DNA of 49,792 nucleotides from Deltaproteobacteria bacterium (GTDB lineage Bacteria; Myxococcota_A; Polyangia; DRWM01; JAAZOP01): NCBI GenBank assembly GCA_016930215.1, contig JAFGHH010000387.1, positions 1 to 49,792 of the forward strand, read 5' to 3'. Shown piece by piece: positions 17,908 to 27,400 of this stretch (position 1 is its first letter; each line of letters starts with the position of its first letter). The notes under the pieces were generated by a model. It saw only the letters and a program-made list of their open reading frames with translations, ran no database searches and was not told where the DNA came from. The position numbers and the translations under genes were made by a program.

Positions 17908-17985
17908 GCTTGTGCTTCTGCGTTCGAGAACCGAGGGGAGGGGCGAGCGTGGGAGGGAAGACGGGACGAAGGAGGCAACGTTCGA

Positions 17986-18534
17986 ATGGGAGCAACTGCG
18001 GGGGCGCTCGAGGCGGGGAAGGCGGGCTACGGACCAAGCGTGTCGTTCGGAGTAGGCGACCCGGTGGTCAGCCCGGCGCACGGACTGGGTGAGGTCGTCG
18101 CGATCGAGAAGCGGCAGCTGGACGGAGTGACGAAGGACTACTACGTGATCATCGTTCGGGACACGGGGATCCGGATGGTGGTACCCGTGGAAACCGCGCA
18201 AGTTGCGGGGTTGCGGCGGCCGATCGACCGCAAGACGGCGACCGCGCTGGTCGATGTCTTCAAGGAGCGGCGACCGGCGGTCTCTGGGATCCCGTGGAGC
18301 CGTCGACATCGGCACTACCAGCAGCTGCTGCACTCGGGGTCCGCGGCCGAGGTCGCCCGGGTGATGCGCGACCTGTTGCGGCTGCGTTCGAGGAAGGAGC
18401 TTTCGTTCGGTGAGCGGAAGCTGCTCGACACCGCCCGCCGGATGCTGGTCAAGGAAGTCGCGTTGGCGTGTGGTGACACCGAGGCGAAGGTCGAGCGACG
18501 GTTCGAGAAGGCGCTGGGGGTGACGGTCAACTGA
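17986..18534 (+). CDS. CarD/CdnL-family RNA polymerase-binding transcription regulator (182 aa)
   Basis: FGVGDPVVSPAHGLGEV, MVVPV, GLRRPI, conserved Trp in IPWSRR, and LSFGERKLLDTARRMLVKE; GGAGG RBS. Confidence 0.9.
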   Translation: MGATAGALEAGKAGYGPSVSFGVGDPVVSPAHGLGEVVAIEKRQLDGVTKDYYVIIVRDTGIRMVVPVETAQVAGLRRPIDRKTATALVDVFKERRPAVSGIPWSRRHRHYQQLLHSGSAAEVARVMRDLLRLRSRKELSFGERKLLDTARRMLVKEVALACGDTEAKVERRFEKALGVTVN

Positions 18535-18573
18535 TCCCGGGCCGATCCGCTGGCCAAGAGAACCAAGTCTTTT

Positions 18574-18613
18574 AGAGGGGATGGCGCCGACGCGCCATCC
18601 CCTCTTTTTTTTT
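18574..18613 (+). terminator. Rho-independent terminator
   Basis: Perfect 14-bp stem AGAGGGGATGGCGC / GCGCCATCCCCTCT, 4-nt loop CGAC, followed by a T-run ending at 18613. Confidence 0.9.
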
Positions 18614-18697
18614 CGGCAACAGCAGGTCGTGACCGCGCGATGCCCTGTCGCGCCGGACGAGACCGAGGGACGGTCGAACCGGCAGGGAGGGTGCGGC

Positions 18698-18991
18698 ATG
18701 GACACACAAGATCTCGAACGGAGGCTTGAGGAGTTCCGCGCGGCGCACGCCGAGTCGGTCGAGGCGACCGAGGGGCTGGCGACGCGTGTCGGGCTGCGAG
18801 AGCGGAGCGACGACTGGTTGCGCCGGCTTCCGGCACCGGTGGCGGACGCGGTCCGCCGGGCGGCGGGCGACTGGGCCCGGCGCTTCGACGATCCGTCCGT
18901 CGAGCGCCCGACCGAGCGGGTCGTCGCGCGCGCGGAGGCTCGGGGCCGGATGTCGCCGATGGACTTCGTCTATCGGACGATGGGGAGGTGA
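18698..18991 (+). CDS. Small helical protein (97 aa); candidate chaperone of the downstream tip/filament protein
   Basis: GGGAGG RBS; first gene of a tightly packed operon; function inferred from position only. Confidence 0.55.
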   Translation: MDTQDLERRLEEFRAAHAESVEATEGLATRVGLRERSDDWLRRLPAPVADAVRRAAGDWARRFDDPSVERPTERVVARAEARGRMSPMDFVYRTMGR

Positions 18992-18994
18992 GTC

Positions 18995-19825
18995 ATGACG
19001 GTTGGCAGCGTAGGTGGCGCAGGCGCAACGACGGGGGCCGGGCAGGTGTCTCACGAACTGGGAGACATCTCCTTCCTGGTTGCATTGCTTCAGCTCGAGA
19101 CGCTCGACATCGAGATCGGCGACCGGTTGACCGAGATGCAGCGCCTCAACGCCGTGCGCAAGGCGTACAACGAACGGATTGCCGAGCTGCAGCGGCTGGT
19201 CGACCAGTGCGGGACCTCCGGCCAGGTCGAGATTCCCGTGGCAGCGGCCGGGCGCGGCGACATCGTATGGGATCCGGAGGCGAACGGCGGCGCCGGTGCG
19301 GCGGTTCCGGCAACGGAGGGAAGCGACCTCCTGGGGAATGGAAGCTACGCCGTCCATCGGGCCGACGGCACCCCGGCCTGCTGGGGGGACGTCACGGGGT
19401 CGCCCGAGGACGACGGGCCGGACGAGGACGCACGGGTCCACGGCGGGGAGGCCCGCTTTCCCTATTTCCATCTGCCGCAGTGGCTGATGAACCGTTCGTT
19501 CCTGATCGGCCTGGACGGGGAGGTCCTGGGCGATCGGAGCCCGGAACGAACGGGACGGATCGCCACGAGCGACATCGAGACGGCCCAGCGATATGCCGAC
19601 CAGCTCGGGGGTAGCGTGACGACCACGGTCACCCGCGACCAGTTGCTGGGGGAGATGCAGTCGTTGCGGGACAAGGTCGACAACCTCTCGTCCGACGCGG
19701 AGATCGGGATGCTGGGGCTCAATCGGCTGCTCAGCCGCCGCAACCAGGTCCTGCAGCTCGCCAGCAACGTGATGTCCTCCCTGCACCAGACGGCGATGGG
19801 GCTGATCGCCAACCTGAAGGTGTAG
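18995..19825 (+). CDS. Bsp22/EspA/SseB-like type III secretion tip or filament protein (SctA-like)
   Basis: Gly/Ser/Thr-rich N-terminus with no signal peptide; N-terminal coiled coil; C-terminal DNLSSDAEIGMLGLNRLLSRRNQVLQLASNVMSSLHQTAMGLIANLK matches, from memory, the amphipathic C-terminal helix pattern of Bsp22-like proteins. Confidence 0.65.
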   Translation: MTVGSVGGAGATTGAGQVSHELGDISFLVALLQLETLDIEIGDRLTEMQRLNAVRKAYNERIAELQRLVDQCGTSGQVEIPVAAAGRGDIVWDPEANGGAGAAVPATEGSDLLGNGSYAVHRADGTPACWGDVTGSPEDDGPDEDARVHGGEARFPYFHLPQWLMNRSFLIGLDGEVLGDRSPERTGRIATSDIETAQRYADQLGGSVTTTVTRDQLLGEMQSLRDKVDNLSSDAEIGMLGLNRLLSRRNQVLQLASNVMSSLHQTAMGLIANLKV

Positions 19826-19827
19826 CG

Positions 19828-20286
19828 ATGGCAACGGCGGCGGAAGAGCGCGCGCTGCGGGCGGCGATCTCGGCGCTGGCGAAGCTCGGGTTGGCCGAGG
19901 CAGCCGGGTGGCGGCCGGCCGAACGATCCGCGCTGGTACGGCTCGGCCGGGCGGGACTACAGCGCGGCCACTGGGTCGCAGCCTGCGAGCTGCTCGAGTA
20001 CGCGACGCTGCTCGACCCCGACCGTGCCGAGACCTGGGAGCTGGTCGCCGGGGCGCGGATGGCCGGTCGTCGTTGGGACGACGCGCTCGCCGCGCTCGAG
20101 GTCGCCTGGACGCTGGAACGTTCCTGGCGCCGGGCGGCCCTTGCAGCACTGTGTTGTGCGCGGCGGGGAGCAGCTGCGGAGGCCAAGCGGTGGTGCGAGG
20201 CGGCGCGGGCGCTCGCGCCGGCCGAGGCGGACGAGCTGCGCCGCCTGGAACGGGCGCTGTCGAGCGCCGAGGAGGGGCTGTCGTGA
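19828..20286 (+). CDS. TPR protein; candidate class II (SycD/LcrH/SscA-like) translocator chaperone
   Basis: 152 aa; TPR-like helices including ACELLEYATLLDPDRAETWELVAG; lies between the tip-like and translocator-like genes. Confidence 0.6.
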   Translation: MATAAEERALRAAISALAKLGLAEAAGWRPAERSALVRLGRAGLQRGHWVAACELLEYATLLDPDRAETWELVAGARMAGRRWDDALAALEVAWTLERSWRRAALAALCCARRGAAAEAKRWCEAARALAPAEADELRRLERALSSAEEGLS

Positions 20287-20963
20287 GTGTGGAAGCAATG
20301 CGGGGGTTGGCGCCGCCGTGGCCGTCCACGGCGAACGACGAAGCGGCGCCGGCGACGGTCGAGGTTGCGACCGGCGTCGCCGTGCCCGGCACGGGCGACG
20401 TCGTGGCGGACCGGGCACTCGAGCTGCTGATGGCCGCCGAGGCGGATCTGGCCGACGACGGCGTGCACACGGCCGCGTCGGCGGTGCGGCAGGCGACCGA
20501 GCGGCGGATCGAGCAGCGGGCCAAGCTTCGCGAGCTGATGCGCCGGATCCAGGAGGCCCAGCAGAACCGGTCCTGGTGGCAGAAGTTCTGCGATGCGTTC
20601 GGATGGGTCGGCAAGATCCTCGGGGCGATCGGCGGAGTGGTTGCCGTGGTGGCCACGGCCGGCATCGCCTTGCCGGCCGCGCTGGGCATCGGCCTGGCGG
20701 TCGGCGCCGGCACGGCCGGGCTGACCTCGGCCCTCGGCCGGCTCGGCGTCGGCGCGGCCGAACGGGACGCGGCGAACCTGTCGGCCGACAGGTTGCAGGA
20801 AGAGGGGAACCTGGCCGCCTGGGAGGAATACGGTCGTGACGGCCGGGCGCTGGCCGAGGCCCTGGTGGGACTCGAGTCGGCGATGCGGGAGCAGGCGCTG
20901 CGATGGATCGGGAACGAGGACGAGGCGCGCCGACTCGGCGCGTCGATGGTCCTGGATCGGTGA
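20283..20963 (+). CDS. SctE-like (YopB/IpaB/SseC) major translocator, short form (226 aa)
   Basis: GTGA overlap with the TPR gene stop and a GGAGG RBS; coiled coil followed by SWWQKFCDAFGWVGKILGAIGGVVAVVATAGIALPAALGIGLAVGAG (long hydrophobic hairpin), then more coiled coil; no signal peptide. Confidence 0.65.
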   Translation: MSVEAMRGLAPPWPSTANDEAAPATVEVATGVAVPGTGDVVADRALELLMAAEADLADDGVHTAASAVRQATERRIEQRAKLRELMRRIQEAQQNRSWWQKFCDAFGWVGKILGAIGGVVAVVATAGIALPAALGIGLAVGAGTAGLTSALGRLGVGAAERDAANLSADRLQEEGNLAAWEEYGRDGRALAEALVGLESAMREQALRWIGNEDEARRLGASMVLDR

Positions 20964-20975
20964 GGGAGGTGTGTG

Positions 20976-21626
20976 ATGTCGATCGGGAAAATCGGTTCGG
21001 GCGGAGCGGAGGCGGGCTGGTCGCTCGAGCCGCCGGAGGCGGCGGAGCCGGCCGCGGCGTCGAACGTCTCGCTGGACGAGGTGGCGACGTTGATGGTGGA
21101 GGCCGACCGCGAGGAACGGAACGGAGCGCGGGCGGCGCAGCGGGCGCTGGCCGAGGCGGCACGGGCCGAGCGCCGGGCGGCGATTCACGCGCAGCGCGCG
21201 GCGGCGGCGGACGCCTTCGACTCGGCGATCCTGCAAGCGGTCGTGGGCGGACTGACGGCGGTGGCACAGGGCGTGGCGGCGGTGGGCGCCGCCGAAGCCG
21301 CGACGGCCGTCGAGGGTGCGGCCGGCTCGGCGGCCGGGGACGCGGCGGCGGGGGTGCCCTGGCATCGCTGGGTCGAGATCGGAGCCGGGGCCTTGCCGCA
21401 CGCCGCGCCGTTGCTCGACGTCCCGGCGCGCCGGGCCGAGGCGAGCCGGATCCGGTCCCAGGAGTACCAGGATGCGGCGGCGTTCCTGGAGGACCGAGCC
21501 CGGCAGGCAGGTGACGACGCCGAGGCGGCGCGGGCGGCGCGGCGCGCGCACGTGGAGGCCGTCGGGCGGGCGCTCGACTCGATCGAGCAGGGCCGATCGA
21601 TCGCCATCGGTCGGGAAGCGGGGTGA
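20976..21626 (+). CDS. SctB-like (YopD/SseD/BopD) minor translocator (216 aa)
   Basis: GGGAGG RBS; MSIGKIGSGG N-terminus; Ala-rich coiled coil, one central hydrophobic stretch (SAILQAVVGGLTAVAQGVAAVGA) and a C-terminal amphipathic helix. Confidence 0.55.
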   Translation: MSIGKIGSGGAEAGWSLEPPEAAEPAAASNVSLDEVATLMVEADREERNGARAAQRALAEAARAERRAAIHAQRAAAADAFDSAILQAVVGGLTAVAQGVAAVGAAEAATAVEGAAGSAAGDAAAGVPWHRWVEIGAGALPHAAPLLDVPARRAEASRIRSQEYQDAAAFLEDRARQAGDDAEAARAARRAHVEAVGRALDSIEQGRSIAIGREAG

Positions 21627-21775
21627 GAGGGCGGCGGCGGGCCTCCCCGCGCGATGGCACTTGAACGAGCGGCCCCATCCGGATAACAATGCATGTCCGG
21701 CACTTGGCGCGCACCCTCCAAGAAGGGGAGGGACGCGTCGAGGCGGTTTGACGACCGATCGGAAGAGAGGGGCCC

Positions 21776-23770
21776 ATGGCGCGTACAACGCTCGCGACCG
21801 TCGTCATCCTGCTTGTCGCTTCGGCCTGGTCGGGGGAAGCCCGGGCACAGACCGACTGGAAGGCCGACAGCACCTTCTCCGTTCAGTTGATGGAGCCGGT
21901 GCCGGGGCCCGGCAACTTCCTCTCGGTCAACGGCACGCGGATCGGCGAGCAGTTCCTGATCACGGGCGGCTTCCTGGCGCACTACCAGTACCAGCCGTTC
22001 GTGCTCTACCAGTGCGAGCCCGGCACGGGGGGGGCGGGGGAGCCGGCCTGCGACCTGCGCAGCGATCCGTTGGCCTCGGTCATCGAGCACCAGCTGGTCT
22101 CCGACTTCCTGTTCAGCATCAGCTTCTTCAAGCTGTTCACGGTCGGGCTGGCCTTCCCGGTGACCTTCTGGCAGACCGGCAACCAGCTCAACATCGACAG
22201 CGGCACGTCGGCCGGCGAGCTGCCGGCGACGATCGCCCCCGGCGACCTGCGCCTGCACCTCAAGTTCCGCCTCTTCCCGTTCATGGAAGATGACAAGGAG
22301 GGGTTCGGCCTGGCGCTCGAGCCGGTGATCACCGCGCCGATCGGGCACCTGGTCGATGACATCCCGGCGGAGGACGAGGACCGGACCGGCAGCTTCCTCG
22401 GCTCGGGCAACGTGACGGCGATGGGGCGCCTGATCGCCGACTACTACCACTACCCGTTCCACGTGGCGGCCCAGGTCGGCTACCGCTGGCGCGAGGAGGT
22501 CGAGTTCTACTCGCGCAAGCTCGGGCACCAGCTGGTCTACGGCGGCGCGTTCGGCTGGTGGCCGATCCCGGAGCTGGAGCTGCTCGTCGAGACGTACGGC
22601 TGGAACGGCTTCACCACGCAGCTCGACCAGTCCCCGATCGAGATCGACGCGGCCGTCAAGTGGCGCTTCTGGGGACCGCTGGTGCTGACCGCCGGCGGCG
22701 GCCGCGGGATCATCGGCATGGGCGCCCCCGTGGCACGTGCGTTCCTCGGGCTGGTCTACGAGCCGCCGCAGGAGACCGAGGTCGAGAACCCCGACCGGGA
22801 CGGCGACACCTACCTCAACGAGAACGACGGGTGCCCGGACGACCCGGAGGACGTCGACGAGTTCCAGGACGAGGACGGGTGTTCCGACCCGGACAACGAC
22901 GCCGACGGCGTGCTGGACATCTACGACGCCTGCCCGATGGTGCCGGAGGACATCGACGGCTTCGAGGACGAGGACGGGTGTCCGGACCTGGACCACGACC
23001 GGGACGGCATTCCCACGCCGGACGACCAGTGCCCGGACGACCCCGAGGACTTCGACGCCTTCCAGGACGAGGACGGGTGTCCCGAGCCGGACAACGACGG
23101 GGACACCATCCCGGACGAGCGCGACGTCTGCCCGGACGACGCGGAGGACCTGGACGGGTTCCAGGACGACGACGGGTGTCCCGACCCGGACAACGACATG
23201 GACGGCGTGCCCGACGCGATGGACCAGTGTCCCGACGAGCCCGAGACGCTCAACGGCGTCAACGACGAGGACGGCTGCCCCGACCGCGGCACGACGCTGG
23301 TCGTCGTCACGGCAACCCAGATCGAGATCAAGCAGCAGATCAACTTCGTCACCGACTCGGACCAGATCAAGGGCGACCGCTCGTTCGACATCCTCAACGT
23401 CGTGGCCGCGGTCCTGCGCGCCAACCCCCAGATCCGCGTGGAGATCCAGGGCCACACCGACAATCGCGGCTCGCACGATCACAACATGGATCTCTCGCAG
23501 CGGCGCGCCGCGAGCGTCCGGAGCTACCTGATCGAACGCGGGATCGAGAGCGAGCGGATGGTCGCCCGCGGCTACGGCCCGGACGTGCCGATCGAGGACA
23601 ATCGCACGGCGCGCGGACGCGAGAAGAACCGCCGGGTCGAGTTCCACATCCTCTCGGCCACGGGCGGGGACCTGGGCGAGTCGATGCCGGCGCCGCCGCC
23701 CGCCGAAGACGGCGCGACCGGCGAGGCGACGTCGGACCTGCCGTCCCTCGCGGAGGACCCGGGCTTCTAG
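21776..23770 (+). CDS. OmpA-family protein with N-terminal beta-barrel, TSP type-3 repeats and OmpA C-terminal peptidoglycan-binding domain (TraB-like architecture)
   Basis: Signal peptide ARA-Q; GDLRLHLK barrel region; DxDxDG...D.CP...ED.D.F.DEDGCP repeats; IQGHTDNRG, LSQRRAASV, GYG and NRRVEF. Confidence 0.9.
   Translation: MARTTLATVVILLVASAWSGEARAQTDWKADSTFSVQLMEPVPGPGNFLSVNGTRIGEQFLITGGFLAHYQYQPFVLYQCEPGTGGAGEPACDLRSDPLASVIEHQLVSDFLFSISFFKLFTVGLAFPVTFWQTGNQLNIDSGTSAGELPATIAPGDLRLHLKFRLFPFMEDDKEGFGLALEPVITAPIGHLVDDIPAEDEDRTGSFLGSGNVTAMGRLIADYYHYPFHVAAQVGYRWREEVEFYSRKLGHQLVYGGAFGWWPIPELELLVETYGWNGFTTQLDQSPIEIDAAVKWRFWGPLVLTAGGGRGIIGMGAPVARAFLGLVYEPPQETEVENPDRDGDTYLNENDGCPDDPEDVDEFQDEDGCSDPDNDADGVLDIYDACPMVPEDIDGFEDEDGCPDLDHDRDGIPTPDDQCPDDPEDFDAFQDEDGCPEPDNDGDTIPDERDVCPDDAEDLDGFQDDDGCPDPDNDMDGVPDAMDQCPDEPETLNGVNDEDGCPDRGTTLVVVTATQIEIKQQINFVTDSDQIKGDRSFDILNVVAAVLRANPQIRVEIQGHTDNRGSHDHNMDLSQRRAASVRSYLIERGIESERMVARGYGPDVPIEDNRTARGREKNRRVEFHILSATGGDLGESMPAPPPAEDGATGEATSDLPSLAEDPGF
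22793..23284 (+). repeat. Five 99-bp (33-aa) thrombospondin type-3-like calcium-binding repeats
   Basis: Units start at 22793, 22892 and so on; consensus D.D.DG..D..D.CPD.PED.DGFQDEDGCPDP. Confidence 0.85.
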
Positions 23771-23797
23771 ACGACCGCGGACGAACGGGAGGCAGGC

Positions 23798-24346
23798 ATG
23801 AAACGCATCCACGCCGCACCGCTGCTGCTGCTCCTCCTCCTCGCGGCCCTCGGCTGCGGCGGCAATCCCTACGGCTACGCTCGCTACTACGTACCGCTCG
23901 ACGAGGAAGAGACCTGCGCCGCGGAGGCGACCGAGCCGCCGTACACGGACGTCGTCCGCGACCCCGGCAGCTTCGCCGAGGCCACGATCGGCTGGTTCGG
24001 CGTCGTCCGCGAGGTCGTGCGCGAGGAGGACGGCTCCGTCCTTCTGCGCCTGTCGCAGCGGCCGCACATCGACCGGCACCTCTGCTCCGCGCGCGACGAG
24101 TCGTCGTGTCGGGTGACGGTCTCGGAGCGGGACGCCGGACCGTTCTCGGTCCGCGTGCGCCTCCGTCCGGGGGCCGATACCGAGGGGGCCAACCGCGTGC
24201 AGCGCGAGTCGCTGATCAAGGTCTACGGGCGGGCGAGCGGCGACTACGATTCCACGGGCGGTCCCTTCCTGACGGTCGATTACTACCGGCACTGGCCCCG
24301 CGGGCAGTACCTCGACACCACGGCCCAGGCGCTGATGCGGCGCTAG
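23798..24346 (+). CDS. Lipoprotein, possibly Slp-family/OB-fold
   Basis: Lipobox ALGC; V..DP.SF....IGWFGVV...IKVYG...P.L.V..Y..W resembles the Slp/YeaY pattern. Confidence 0.55.
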   Translation: MKRIHAAPLLLLLLLAALGCGGNPYGYARYYVPLDEEETCAAEATEPPYTDVVRDPGSFAEATIGWFGVVREVVREEDGSVLLRLSQRPHIDRHLCSARDESSCRVTVSERDAGPFSVRVRLRPGADTEGANRVQRESLIKVYGRASGDYDSTGGPFLTVDYYRHWPRGQYLDTTAQALMRR

Positions 24347-24427
24347 CGCGGCCGCCGGTCCGGCCGTCGCGTCCGCTCCGGCCGGCTCCGGCGCGCGGCG
24401 ATTCCGCGCCACGAGCTCCCCTGCCGC

Positions 24428-27400
24428 TCAGAAGCCTCCGATCGAGAAGTGCAGTGCGCCGAACCCCTCGCCCCAGTCGTCGCGGGGCAGCAGGTTGAAG
24501 CCGTAGTCGAAGGCCAGCGGTCCGACGGGGGTCTGGATGCGCAGGCCGAGGCCGGCGGTGTAGCGCAGCACGGTGAAGTCGAGGTTGCCGGGGTCGCGCC
24601 AGACGTTGCCGATGTCGGAGAAGATCGCCAGGCCGAACGTGTCGCCTACCGGCACGCGCAGTTCGCCGCGGAAGATCAGGAAGAGGTCGCCGCCGGCGGT
24701 GGGGAACTCGCTCGGCGCGTCGGCCACCGACAACGACTCCTGGGGGAAGCCGCGGATCGTCTCGGAGCCGCCCAGGTAGAAGTAGCGGTCGGGAAAAGTG
24801 CGCGAGCCGCGCTCGAGCTGAAACACCTGGCCGTAGCGGGCGGCGAGGGCGAGGACGAGGCCGGCGCCGAGCGGGGCGTAGCCGGAGAGCTGGAACGAGG
24901 TCTTGATCAGGTGGGAGAACGAGCTGACGCCGGTCGAGGCGTCGAACACCGGGTCGAACGAGCGGACCCACTCGGCGTTGGCGACGAAGTACACGCCGCG
25001 GGTCGGGTTGAACGGGTCGTCGCGCCAATCGATGCCGGCGGCGGCGCGGACGACGGCGAAGGTCGAGGTGCCCTGCGGCGTGCGCAGGCGGCGCAGGTCG
25101 TCCGGGCGGATGCAGCCGACGATCGTGGACGTCGACGAACACAGCTCGAAGTCGCCCTCGAAACGCATCAGGTTGTTGTACTCGATGCCGCCCTGCACCA
25201 GGAGTGACAGCAGCTTGCGCCAACCGGTAGAGACGCCGAGGAACACCGACGACAGGTCGGCGCCGTACGACGGGCGGTTCTTGCGCTCGTTGGCCAGGTC
25301 GAGCTGCAGGCCGACCAGCGAGCGCAGGCCGGGGAGGTAGGGGACGGAGAGCGAGGCGACGAGCAGCCGCTCGAGCTGGTCCTGCAGGGACAGCGCGTGA
25401 TAGGTGGTCTCGAAGCTGTGGCTCGCGTCGTCCTCCAGGAAGAACAGCCGGTAGTTCAGCTTGAGCCGCAGGTTGAAACCGATCGCGTAGCCGAACAGGT
25501 TCCGGTAGCCGTAGGAGAGGGCGGCGCGGGCGCCCTCCGCCGTCGAGAACCCGGCGCGCAGCTCGAGCGCCTGCGGACGGTGCTCGCGGACCTGCACCGC
25601 AATCGTCTTCTGCGCCTCGACGACCTCCGGCGCGACGGTGGAGATCGTCACCCCCTGGAAGATGCCGAGCCGCAGCAGGCGCCGCTCGCTCTCCTGGGCC
25701 AGGTCGGGCGAGAACACGTCGCCCTCGGCGAAGGCCAGCGAGCCCAGGATCAGCGACGTCGCGGTGTCGGCGTTGCCCGTGACCTCGATCGCCGCCACCC
25801 GGACCTGCGGACCCTCGACCACGGCGAAGGTCAGCGAGACGGCCGAGCGATCGGCGGAAAACGCCACCTGTCGCTCGACCTGCGCGAACAGGTGGCCGCG
25901 GTCGGCGTACAGGTCGAGGATCGCCTGCCGCGTCTCCTCCACCAGCAGCTCGTTGACCGGGTCGCCCTCCTCCAGCAGGAACACGTCGCGCACGTCCTCC
26001 TCGAGGACCTCCGCCGCGCCCGTGACGGCGATTCCGGCGAGCATCGATTGCACGCCCTCCTCGACATGAAACCGGGGCGTCACGACACCGGCCGCGTCCC
26101 GCGTGGCGGCGAGGGCGGTCACGTGCGCGTCGAGGAAGCCCTCCGAGCGGTAGCGCTCCTCGACCCGCACGGCCGCGTCCCGGTAGGACTGCTCGAGGAA
26201 CACCCGCTCGGGGCCCCAGTCCGCCAGGAACGGCGCCGCCGCCCGCCGGTCCTCCAGCCATCCCTCGCCGGACAGCCCGAGCACGCCGAGCTCGCCCGGG
26301 CGCGGCGATTCGAACAACGAGCCGCCGCGGTCCATCGCGACGGCGACGTTCTCCTCCACCATCGCGTCCAGCTCGGAGGTCTCGAACGCCGTCACGCCGT
26401 CCCACGCGATGCGCGCGACCCCGAGGCGGGTTCCCTCGTGCACGCGGAACCGCAGGAACCACACCATGTCGTCGGCGGGCGCCGCGCGACCCGTCCCGCG
26501 CCAGTCGCCGAACGGGTCGAGCGTCGCCAGGCCGGCGCTCCACGCCGCCGGCTCCTCGAACGGCGTGCGCGGAGGCGGCTCGGCGGGCCTCGCGGTGACG
26601 ACGTCGAACGAGACCTCCGCGTCGGGAAAGCCGAGCGTCCGGTAGTAGGCGGCGATGCGCTCGGCGGCGTCGCCGACCGCGGTCGGCGAAAAGTCGAACG
26701 TCTCGTCGATCGCCGCCAGCTCGGCGAGCTTCGCGGGGGCGACGTGGGCCTGGCCGCCGAACACCACCCGGACCGGCAGGCCGGGGTCGGCGGTCACGGT
26801 CACGTCCACCCGGCCGGCGTCGCGCGGCTCCGCCGTCGGCTCGTCCACCACGACCAGCAGGTAGCCCTCCGCGCGGTAGAACTCCGCCAGCCGCGCGGCC
26901 GCCCGGGTCAGCTCGGGCTGGTCCCACGGGTCTCCCGGGTCGATGTCGACGATCGACCGCAGCAGCGGTTCGGGGTAGAGCAACGCGCCCGCCAGCCGCA
27001 CGACCGCGATGCGGATCGGTTCTCCCTCCGTCACCTCCGCGACCAGCAAAACCCGCCCCGGCTCGCCCGCCTCCTCGGAGTGGAACGTCACGGTCGCGTT
27101 GGGATAGCCGTGCGTCGCGTACGCGGTTTCGATCCGCCCGCGCATCTCCTCGAGCAGGTCCGGATGCTCCTCCGCGTCGGGCACGAAGCCGGCGACCCGC
27201 CGCAGCTCGTGCAAATCCAGGTGGTCGTTGCCGACGGCATCCAGCGCGCGAATCCGACGCCGCTCGTCGAGCCGCACCACGAGCTGGACGCCGCCCGCCA
27301 CCGCCTGGGCGTAGACCCGCACGTCGCAATAGCGGTCGGTGGCCCACAAGGCGTCGATCAGCCGCTGGACCAGCGCGCGCGTGAGCGGCTCTCCGTCGAG

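Noticed and set aside
17779-17985. Long N-terminal extension of CarD given in the ORF track
   Set aside because: The region contains the promoter and RBS; the start at 17986 fits better.
19908-20282. Longer 351-aa version of the SctE-like protein
   Set aside because: The extension overlaps the TPR gene in another frame and is Arg/Gly-rich noise; GTG 20283 has an RBS and a GTGA overlap.
21655-21690. TGGCAC as a sigma54 -24 element upstream of the OmpA/TSP3 gene
   Set aside because: No correctly spaced TTGC -12 element; a weak sigma70-like TTGAAC-N18-AACAAT fits equally well, so neither is called.
22457-22472. CGTTCCACGTGG as a third parS site
   Set aside because: Only a half-site; the right arm does not match and it lies inside a coding region.
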